64,000 nt of DNA. It comes from Syncephalis fuscata S228 (Eukaryota; Fungi; Zoopagomycota). The translations under genes were made by a program, and so were the position numbers. The notes beneath the pieces are model-generated. The model was not told the DNA's origin. It saw nothing but the letters and a program-made list of their open reading frames with translations, and did not search any database. The stretch covers positions 434,001 through 498,000 of the forward strand of contig JAHLTZ010000013.1 in NCBI GenBank assembly GCA_025786725.1. The letters are read 5' to 3'. Every line of letters starts with the position of its first letter. The stretch's first letter is position 1. Positions 27,501 through 38,774 of the stretch are shown here, piece after piece.

Positions 27501-29710
27501 TGTATATCGACTTACCTCGAATGGCTTCACATACTCGAATGCATTCACGTAATACATCAACTTGTAGTATAGCCCATCCAAATGTATGGTTTAAGTCTAT
27601 TTGTTCTTCTTCATAGCATATTTGTGTGCCAGTTACTCCAGGTACATAATCTATATTTGAATAGCATTTGAGTTAATTAAATGCATCTGTTAACCAATAG
27701 ACTTGTATACCTTCAATGCCATATGCAGGACATACTCGGTTCAGACAGCCAATTAGTTGTTGCGTTACATCCTGTCGTGATACATCATTCTGCGCAATGG
27801 CTCGATGTAGTAGAGGAAACAAAAGTGTTGTTACACGTCGAAGCCAAAATGCACGTTTACGATGCGCGCCAATATCGCTAAGTAACTCGGCAGCAATAGT
27901 AGCAAATGAAATCTAAAAAGTATTAGATATTGTATATTGTATATTGTGCATCGCCATCATATATTGTATATTAGCTTACTTTGTCTCCTACAGCTAATAT
28001 GTCTCCGGCATAGTTCCAGGCTCTGGCAATCCATATTGATGCCTCTTCCGTACGCCATCGTCGTCCTGTTTCATTAGTAATTGAAAATCGGGCCATTTTT
28101 AAACATGCTTCAATATATACAACAGGCCACACTTGAGCTCTTTCATACATAAGAGCAATCTCTCGATATCGAGATGGAATATCTGCCAAGAATTTACGTA
28201 ATGTATCTGTAGATGTAATAATCATTGGCGCAGATGGATCAAATGTAAATCCATAAGAGGTTGAAGTGACACTGTTTAGTGAAGGCAGTGGCTAATTGAT
28301 AGTGATGTGTCGTATTTTAGTACTGTTTTGTAACTATGACACTGCTATATATTCAATATAGCTGTTACTTACCCCTACATCCGGTGCATCAGTTAAAGAG
28401 AGCAGACCAATGGCCGCACATAATCCTTCTGTGGCAGTTGCTTGCCATAAATAATCACCACCACTACGAGCTTGATCAATTGATGATATATAACTATAGT
28501 GGTTAAAGTGGTAAAATGGTTATTTAATAAATAAAATAAATAAACTACACTTACGCTATAACTGCCTCGGGTAATCGACCCGATAACACTAACAAATCTC
28601 CAATTAATTTCTGTGCACGACCTGGAGTGCGTTTACGTGCTTTGGCTTCATTTGAAGCAGTATTACTGATATTAAAGTTGTTATTGCCGCTATTATTGTT
28701 GCTATTATTACTATTGGCGGCTACACCAGTCATAGCACCTCCCGGAGAGGCTGATCGGAAATACGATGACATTGGCTGTGGCTGTGGTTGGGCATTAGTT
28801 GTCCCAGAAAATGAACCAGCGTATCCACTGCTATTACTGCCTGTACTATTGAGATTGGTACTACTGTTGTTATTCGGTGTAGTTGGTCGACCAATATCTG
28901 GTGTGCTAATAATAGTACGTCGTTCAATGGCTGCAATCTATTAGTTAATACCATTCAATTAATACTATTATCCTTGTTGACACAACTAAACTAGTTTATA
29001 TTTACCATTATATTAAATGCATCCAATAGTTGTTGTCCAAATTCTTGTATAAAGCTTTCAAGATATGTGTCAATCTCGCCTTGTCGTGGAATAATTGTGA
29101 CGCCGTCTAATTTACACGTACGTTGATCCTCTCGAGGCTCAAATGCAATGCAGCGCCGCACAACACTACGTGAAAACTAGTTGTGTATACCAGTTAGTTG
29201 GTGGCTATCCATTGTTTGCATTGCGTTATTTAGCCAGCTACCTACATCTTTGGTATTAGCCTGAAATTCCTTATGAAGTTGGTCAACGCTGGCAAAATCA
29301 GTGCAGCATGCCACGCCAACCACCTAATACGTATATCAAGTAAGTAACAGCTATATAGCAAACAATACAAAACTATTTACTATCGCGCTACTTACACCGA
29401 GTACTTGGCGATATGGCTGGAATTCGTCGAGGTATTCATGATCTTGTGGCGCCTCAGTAATAAAATTGAAGCGAAGTCTGCCCTCAGTCCAACGAGAACT
29501 GCTTGTAATGGACGACGACGACGTAATAGCACCCGATTTCAAATCGGCAACCCGAACTGCATTATGAACAGCTAACTGGCGAGCATACTTTTGAAACGAG
29601 CTTATATGTGCCAGTGTTGACTGTCCTGGTAGGATGGGTACAAGCAGAACCCGTACGCGTGCTTGGTCTAGCAGACCCGTGGTAAGTTGCGGCTGCACGG
29701 GCACAGTCAT
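24597..29710 (-). CDS. TRS120: TRAPPII subunit Trs120/TRAPPC9, multi-exon
   Basis: ARVRVLLVPI, W.EGRLRFNF, L.EFQPYRQVLGV, KR..GRAQKLIGDL.VLSGRLPEA, DYLWQATA.EG, DPFIYNPFAK, VDEPVY..VTL.NPFAFDLE. ATG 29710; stop 24597-24599. Confidence 0.9.
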
Positions 29711-30249
29711 CACTTCTGTACGCTAATAGTCAAATACTACAGTCGCCAGAATTGCCGTCGATAACTAGCGTATGCGAAAAGAGTGAAGCGCCTACGTATA
29801 GCTGGCAATAAATGAAGAAAGCAGAAATGATGACGATTGAAATATAGATGAATAAACGCAATAAAACTGAGTAGAATCGATATTTAATTGTCATAATACT
29901 AAATATTTATTTGCTTCAATATGAACACAATACAATACATTTGGTAAATAAAACAGTAATTTTATTACTTTCAAATATCAAACTAAATTACTATGATATA
30001 ACACCTATTATAAATATGAAATAAATAGAAATTGATATTAAATTGAGTACACAATCTACGCTGAGCCATATCTCTAGCACTCATCACATCACAGCGTATT
30101 AGCTTTTGATAACAAAATTATTATAACTTTTATTTACATACACTACCAAACGAACGGTGGTAATCATATTAAAACATAACAAGTGCTGGTTGATTTATCT
30201 ACTCTATTCCAAATGTATTGATCGAATAGCGAATAAATAAAGTTTGTAT

Positions 30250-31000
30250 TTACTTCTATGTAGAAATATATGAATGAGTGAATGGGAGCGTGTATAAATA
30301 TTTATGGTCAAGTTATAGTATACATGACAACAAGATAAGCGAAATAAAGCGAGATTATACCGAATAAAGCTAATTACAAACAAGCAATAGTATTAAATAA
30401 AGTGTGTCCATTAGAACATATAACAATGTAAAACAAAACAAATAGACAATAAAGAGTGTATAAATGATGACATTGAAAGTGTAGTACATATGGCTTAACA
30501 AGTGAATGAACGAATGAGCCAAAATTTATGACGAATAGAGACGGTGATAAATGAACAGCGATTTTGAATAGATAGCAGTCAATATATGATGAAAACATAC
30601 AATATAATGAATATACAACTTCGTTGTATAAATAGCAGTACTGAAGCTATAGTGCAATGAGGGGAATGAGTAGAGTGTGTTGGTGTATATAATAAATAGA
30701 ATGTGTCTAGTATATCATAGAATGATGTATAGTAGCGTGGAATGGAATAGAAATGATACATATGAATATAGGATATATATGTACTGAATATGTGCATACT
30801 AAATAATGAATCTATGATGATAAGTATTTGATGATTGATGTCACTCACCACTCACCATCATGTTCAATAGATTTAATATTGTTAAATTTAGTGGCAGGCA
30901 AGTTCTGCTTTAAGCGGATAGGTCCTACAGACCGTTGCCTCACATCAGCAAAATATAAAGAATAAAGAATGTTATTAAATTTAGTCATTTGACCACCAAG
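30250..31000 (-). repeat. Solo minus-strand copy of the head + ~165-bp satellite family
   Basis: 30640-30890 resembles 1130-1365 and 43335-43580. GTCATTTGACC motif at ~30984. A degenerate satellite-like tail continues leftwards. Confidence 0.75.
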
Positions 31001-31454
31001 ATAGCAATAAATGTGATGATTTAATTTATTGCAATAATAATATAATAAAGCATGCAATTCAAGTGATTAAATGACGCATTACAGCTGTCACCAATTCTAT
31101 GGTCATTGTGTCTATACTCAGTCTTTATGTTCAAGTAGCTATCAAAATACTTTATAGTTTTTCTACAATAAACAATATATAACACTTAACACTTACTACA
31201 AAATGATTTAAATCTGTATTAATCTTATAATAGTAACATTTATTAATATTGTTATCGATATGTGCCGTAACAGTTTCGCTGACTGTACAGATAATTGACA
31301 CAAATAAATAATAAGCATTAAATAATAACTAAAATCAAAAGGATAAATATATATGTTTATTAAAAATAAAAATTATTAATTATTAGAGAAAATAAAATAA
31401 GAGAATTAAACTACAAAAATAAAAGATAAGGTTTGCTAGACTTGAAAACTTGGT

Positions 31455-31765
31455 TTAACAAGTGGGCTTGAATTGCATCGTTGATGAACCAACATCAGGC
31501 TCAATTTCATTGTCGATTCCAATGCTCGATGTCACTAAAGCATTCATTGCATTTGTGCCGATAATAAGTCTCCGGGAGTTGTCTTTATATTGTATGGTCG
31601 CATGCACACCAGGATACAATGCGTCACTTGGTGGATGTAATGTCATTCTTGAACTTTTCCCAGTTAGAATCGTTCATGGTGTGCATCGACAGATGGAGTA
31701 CGCCCATATACTTCTAGACAATTGACTAGAATCGCGGCTGTACCCTCCATCAGTATAGCGCCTGT
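31455..31765 (-). pseudogene. Inverted ~310-bp fragment of the zinc-finger gene 34758-36459
   Basis: Approximate reverse complement of 35600-35905 (HPP.D.LYPGVHATIQY.DNSRRL.IGTNAMNALVTSSI.IDNEIEPDVGSSTMQFKPTC) with substitutions and small deletions. Confidence 0.9.
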
Positions 31766-34235
31766 TAAAACTATTGCTGTTGAATAAAAAGAACAAAGAT
31801 GATTGAAACTTAATATTTAAAATGTGAAGAGCTCATAAGATACTATTTTATCGGCTAAAATGTAACAGCTTATTTATACTGGTCATAAATATTAGTAAAT
31901 CATCAATGAACTACAATTGTATCAGGTAACTAATAGATGTCAATCATTATCAGCATATCAGTCCTGTACAAGTATGACAGATGTGTCAAGACATTGATGT
32001 CTTTAGTTGTTCGTGTTTTGACCGATCATGCTACTGATTGCATAGCACTATATAGCTTTTACAGCCTGTAATTACGGCCATATTTGCATATTTGCCAATT
32101 GTGTCTAATTAAAAGCTTAAAGATTCTAACATTTTTTATTAAGTAAAATATGGCAATCATTTAAAATATTGTGTTTATTTAATATTATTACGCAATTTAT
32201 TTCTATAATAATTTATAATTAATTTATTATAATCTAAGCATTAAATGGCAGCAATTGCCAATATCTGTTTAATTGGATTAGACACTTAGTTTGTCAAAGG
32301 TAAATATGGGTGATGCGTTATGTCAGTCATCAAAGCAGCAAATCATAAATTTGTCATCATAATTATCCTGTATCCATATCGTCTATTCGTCCATAGTATT
32401 ATTTCTATATACCTATACTACTATATATTACCTTAGCATATATCAATCACTTCATATTACAGGTTAATATTTTTTAATGCTGGTTATACTAGTTATAAAT
32501 TTTGTTTCACTCATTGTGCCATATATACAATTACTTAATAATGTCATGTCCTTTATTGTATATTCATTTTAATGTATATCATTATATCGTATAACAAACA
32601 TTGACTTTTATTGCCATCTAATTTAACATATTGTTACCATTGCTTAAATTACTAGATTCAACGAAGTTCATTTTAAGCTTCGTTGTACTTAAATTAAGCT
32701 TTTCTCGTCAGGGTCCTTTGCCTGATCCTCCATTTTAATTGCCGACAGCATTGTAAATACTTAATGCTGCCGGCCAAACATTAAATAAATAACTTTTTTA
32801 CTTTCAATTACTTTTAGCTTATTTTCAGGTTTATACACTTGAGACTTCTGTTTAAATTACTGAATAAAGCTATTTATTGTTAACAAAAGGCGTTAAGCTA
32901 TTAAATTAATCATATTTATTAGTTTAAATAATTAACAAGTGAATAAGCTACCTTTATTGTTTTTTCTTTTATTTGGGGTGCTTAGCAAAGCTTACAAAAC
33001 CATAAAACTAATTTTGTAACAATATATTCAATTTAATTTTTTCATTTTGTTGTCATAAATACAGCAACTTCATCACTAACATTCATATAACTCCACCTAT
33101 TAGATTATAACAACTATACAAAGCATATATTCAAACAAATAAAATACCTCAAAGTTTATAAAGAATAAATTTAATTAGTATATGATAAAATACTATGTAT
33201 TAATATAAGCATATAAAGATAGTGATATATGTGAATAAAGTAGATGCGTGTACTGATAATGATGATAAACTGATAATTTAATAACTAATATTACTTATTG
33301 CACACGTTTATCTTCATTAGGATAAATGTTGTCATTTGCCTCTTAAATCATTCTAACATATTAGTAGGTTGTTGATAAAAGTAAATTGTATGATAACGTT
33401 AAATGGTGCTGTGATCAATTGATTTATAATAATTGCTTGATTATGTATTATTCATTTTTTAAAGGTCAGCTATTTAATAAATAAGCACGCAATTTATATA
33501 AAATGAATAATAAATAATAAGCAATAGTGAGTTTTTATAGTTAATGAGTGTCACAAGTTTGAGTAATAAACTGAATAACGTTTGCAACTAGAGCTGAATG
33601 ATATTAAATGCGATAATTAGAAATATCTACTGTATAATAAAATAATGCTGATATTTATATTAAAGTACAAATTGGATAATGAATAGTATTAATAATAAAA
33701 TAGGAGCACCGTTTTACTTCTTCCACCATGTGGCTATTTATTTCATATGGTAAGTTATATATTTCAAATAATAAATAATTTTAAATAATTTTAAATGTTA
33801 TAAAGTAAATTGTAACTAATTAAATATTTAAACATATTTAAACATTTATACGAAAGTAGGAAGTGGCTAATACTCGAAGCAAATTAAAGCACAGTAACAC
33901 AATGCGAAATAAATCATGTAATAATGTTAACAATTACAAACATAATTGATAAAAGCTGATATTACGTATAAAAATATTATATCTCACGTAGCAGTTTAAT
34001 AATTAAGCTTAACGAATGACAAAAAAATGTAAAGATGGAAGAAATATTGTATAGTAAATGCTGATTAAACATCAGGTAATATTTTTAACAATAAGTATTG
34101 CTATTAAATATAGTTAGCATTAATGTTAGTACTGTTTTATACTTTTAATGGATTACACATATAATTACAATATTACTTATTTGCTCACAATATTTGATCC
34201 AAATGATTCGTGGTAGCTCACGTAATAAAATAAAT

Positions 34236-34302
34236 AAATTACGTGATGCATTGGCTTATTTATTAAAAACAAAATCACGTGATTCATTGGCATATTTATT
34301 AA
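34236..34302 (+). promoter_or_regulatory. Duplicated E-box + reverse CCAAT module upstream of the zinc-finger gene
   Basis: aaattacgtgatgcattggcttatttattaa and aaatcacgtgattcattggcatatttattaa, 36 bp apart. Palindrome ATCACGTGAT at 34274-34283. Confidence 0.45.
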
Positions 34303-34757
34303 CTTCATAGTCAGGTGTTGTAATTACTGTAATAATTACCACATTTGTAACAGTACACAGCATGCTACATGATTAACACATTCATTTAACTTGATAAATA
34401 AATAAAAAAATCTATAGCATTTTTTTAAATAAAACAATCGACAATTATGTGAATATAGCTGTAATTAGACACCATAGCATTATAACAATTATAAGTAATT
34501 TCCTAATAAAACATGTCTTACTTGAGACCAGTTCTCGTCATACAGCACCATGCATTAATTCCTTTATTAAATATAAGGAATTACTAGCGCAATATTCAAT
34601 AAATTATTTGCTTTCTCTTATTCAAAATTTGCTGTGTTCAAATACTTTAAAAACATTTATTGTTTATCTTCCAAGCTACATCCACATCAACTCAAGCGAA
34701 ATCAATATACTATTTCAGTATAACGCCTATCTTTTTGTTTTATTTAAACATTTAAAT

Positions 34758-36459
34758 ATGACTTCCAAGAATCTACTCACTTGCCAATTTTGCCCAGGAT
34801 CTTTATTTAAAACTAAAGGTAGTCTTAGATACCACCAATCTAAAGAACACACCAAGAGTGTTAAAATTACCTTAGTGGGTTTAGGTAGCTTTAATTAAAA
34901 GCTTTAAATAAAGTTAATTAATTTTATTTTATATTTATCTACAGGTCAAGTCACTATCATTAGAAATGAAGACAATATGTTTGTTTGTCCTTGCGGTGCA
35001 TTTTTTCCCGGAAGAGCATCAGTTGCTAGACATGGCAAGCAGTGTGATGGCAAACAAAATCAAGGTAAGCAAGAATAGTATTTTAAAAGTGAAATTAACA
35101 TTAGTTTATTATTTAGGCGACAAACTGGGCTTAATTACATCTATTGGACTAAATACAGCCAACGACCAATTGTCAGCTACAGCCCCGCGATCATTTAACC
35201 ACGCAACATTATCTGCATGCGGTGCTCTCAAAGAAACACCGGATGCTCAGCGTAAAACACTCCGAGTTGTAGATGCATTGGAACTGAAACCAATTGCCTT
35301 AACAGGCCCAGATGGTTTCGAATACAACTTGCTGGGTGACAGTTCGGTAGTTTCTCGTCTAGTAGCTTATCAGCCTGCCGTGACTTTCAATGCTGCTCAT
35401 AGTGAGAAAAGCAAAACAGTAGATGACAATATCGGCTGCTCTAGCAGCGACTTGTCCCATTTAATTCAACATGGGCCATACAATAACTGCATAAGTATAA
35501 ACGACTTTTCCGAGCTGGATGCCAAACTTTGTTATCATTTGAACAAGGATTGGCGATTTAAAAAATCGATGATGTACTTTTGTTCACAAGTACTTGCAGG
35601 GGCCATACTGATGGAGGGTACAACCGCAATTCTAGTTAATTGTCTAGAAGTATATGGGCGTACTCCATCTGTCGATGCACACCATGAACGATTCCTAACT
35701 GGGAAAAGTTCAAGAATGACGTCACATCCACCAAATGACTCATTGTATCCTGGTGTGCATGCGACCATACAATATGAAGACAACTCCCGGAGACTTGTTA
35801 TCGGTACGAATGCAATGAATGCTCTAGTGACATCGAGCATTAGAATCGACAATGAAATTGAGCCTGATGTTGGTTCATCAACGATGCAATTCAAGCCCAC
35901 TTGTAAAACTAGAATTTTTGTGTCGTCAAAGAGCGCTAAATATGCAATGGAATTCATTGAACAAAAGCCGCCTTGCGAGCTATATCCATTTGATACATGT
36001 TCACAATTACGGCAGCTAAGATCAAAATTTAACAACCCCACAACATATTTACTTCTACGTTCATCATCGTCATACACGAACCGGTGTTATTTGCGGCCCT
36101 ATACAATTTGGACACTTGCTGATTTTGATTCGACTGCTGCATTACCTTCACAATCAAGCATGGCATCAAAAATGTTCCAGCTTGTCATATTTGCAGTTAT
36201 AAATGGTACCAATGCTCTCAAGAAGGATGAAATTGAAACCTTGTACGCGGACTGTTCCGATGGAGTGACAAAGGCCTCACTGGAGGCGATTCTAAATCAA
36301 TTTGGATCTTCTGACGAACTTATGGTGTTGAAAAACACCAACTTGAACATGGTGCTAAAACAAATGGCAACAAGCATGATGACTGATCTACAACGGATCA
36401 ACAAGAAAGTTGCCGTATCCATTCTGGATGCCTTTAAATCGCTATGTTCTCATTCTTAA
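34758..36459 (+). CDS. Uncharacterised ~530-aa protein with N-terminal C2H2 and C2HC zinc fingers and an unrecognised C-terminal domain (3 exons)
   Basis: Exon 1 34758-34884 (CQFCPGSLFKTKGSLRYHQSKEH), exon 2 34945-35064 (FVCPCGAFFPGRASVARHGKQC), exon 3 35117-36459. Both introns are GT-AG and the splice is in frame without corrections. Confidence 0.8.
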
Positions 36460-36904
36460 AGTATTTAAGTGTATCATTAAATTGTAGCAATATGAGCTGG
36501 TCGACGTTATTATATTAAATAAATAGTATTTATTTTATTGTTGTTATTGCACTAGCATTAATATTGATTTGGTTTAAAGTTTAACATGATTGATGGTCAA
36601 ATGATTACAATTGATTATATTCGCATAATGAAACTAAAATTTGTTTTATTAAAGATGGGGCCGGATGGTAAAAAATATTCATCATCACATCATCCCATTT
36701 AACATGGTTTGGTGATTAAATGACTACATTTAATAACATTCAACCTATTGAACATGATGGTGGGTGGTGAGTGGCATCAAAGTTTAAAATACTCATCATC
36801 ATAGATTCATTATTCAGTATGCACATATCCAATACACATATATCCAATATTCATATATATCATTTCTATTCCATTCCACGCTACTATATATCCTTTTATG
36901 ATAT

Positions 36905-37790
36905 ACTAGACACATTCTATTGTTTATATGTTTCAACACACTCTACTCATTCCCCTCATTGCACTATATGCGCTATAACGTCAACAGCATTTTATATGTT
37001 TCCTCACCGTACATTTATCATTTTATATACTATTCTATACTTGCCTAGCCTTGCTCTATCCAAAACTATTTTTATTTTTGTTCTAGCTTTATTATTTATA
37101 AATGCCGACTAATTCTGCTCATTGATCATGCATACATGCTCAGTAACTTTAACACGACTAATCGTCACTCAATATTGCATATTCAGTATATTGTATGTTA
37201 TTATACTATATTGTAACTGTGTGATAGCTCTTGCAGTTGTTCTTTTACTGCTAGCTTTATTTTTTTGTAAATTTCAGCTCAATCGCTCATTGGCTCATGC
37301 ATATATGCTCAGTAACTTCAACACTACTAATCGTACAGTTTCCACTGTATACTAAGTATATTGTGTATCGCTCTACCATATAACTGCTACACTTTGTTCA
37401 AACATGTTGTCTGTTTAATTCTAGCTCTACTAACTGTGATTGTTTACTCATTTGTTCAATGGGCAATATGCGCTACAGCTTTAACATCGCTGTTTGTATT
37501 TTGCCATTGTGTTCAGTATCATGGATTATTATGTCATCTAATAGCCAAAAGTGCTAATAAAAGCTGTCTATTTATTGCTAACTATATTCATTATGAATTT
37601 CGAGTCATTTGCTCATTAGGTTATATACACCACAGTCTCAACATCATTATCTATACACTCTTATTGTCTATTTGTTTTATTCTATATCGTTGCATGTTCT
37701 AATAATCACATTCTATTCAACACTGTTGTTCGTTTGCCACTAGCTTTATTCGTTGTAAATCTTGCTTCTATTTGCTCACTCTTTATGTTT
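36905..37790 (+). repeat. Degenerate ~160-175-bp tandem satellite (about 6 monomers; mirrored at ~42520-43400)
   Basis: Recurring ctagcttta...tgtaaa...tcgctcatt...atatgc(t/g)c...aac motif at ~36907, 37083, 37251, 37421, 37578 and 37740. Confidence 0.65.
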
Positions 37791-38774
37791 TAGATAAGAC
37801 ATAAATGACGTTGTTGAAACAATAATGCATTTTAGCTTAATGAATGAAATGAGTGAATTCACAAATAATGGAGTTATTTCCAAACGGACAATAATTTTGA
37901 ATAAAGTTGGCTAATATATGATGAAATACTATATGTTTGTATAAATGTACAATGATAGTAATATGAATGAATACATCTATGTATACAGGATAATAAACTT
38001 ATAATTGATGGTTTGATGATTGGTGCTACTCATCGCCTGTCTTTATATTCACCAAAAAAAAAGTTTAGCTCAACTGCGCGAATGTTACTAATGTATTCAT
38101 TTGATTCTAAATACAAAAATGTTTGATTAATAAAATGTTTAATATCAATTTAAAAACAATGGCAGAACTAGATGGGATAGCTGGTCAAATAAACCACTGA
38201 TGTTATCATTAAAATGGTAACGTGGACGTAATTGTATTGAGTGTAACTTGCTTTAGTATTTTAGGTAAGATAATGACATTTTAATATGGTTCAAGTAACT
38301 AAATGACGCGTTGCGCATAAAGATACTACGAATAGACCAGTCGTTACAAGCAAAAAATCGTCAATACGTTGTATGGCAGTAGTGCTTTATAGTTGCAATT
38401 GCCGGCCAGATATGGTGATTTTATAATAAAAGCTTTCAATGTCATAAACAACTTCATTATCTTGTTAATGATATAAATATAAGTAAAACAACATTATCAC
38501 TGTAGATCAAATAGACGGTATACATTTGGTATTATATATATATATATATGTGTGTGTATTTACTAGTTATTTGTTTATATTTATTTATAGCCGTACGTTT
38601 TGAAAAATAAAATAAATATGCATTCGATAAATTCACTTCTAGCTACTTGCTGCTGTTATCATACGCGTTAAGCGATTTTAAAAAATAAAAACTTATTGTG
38701 CACCAAATAAATGCAAATCTGCCAATGACTGTCCAGACTTGACGTAATACATTGTCATCAAATCATATTGTTTA

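Noticed and set aside
36771-37702. Hydrophobic ORFs in the repeat family (also 720-953, 20888-21235, 30374-30851, 42749-43545)
   Set aside because: They are translations of a T-rich non-coding satellite, mostly with non-ATG starts, and frames are not conserved between copies.
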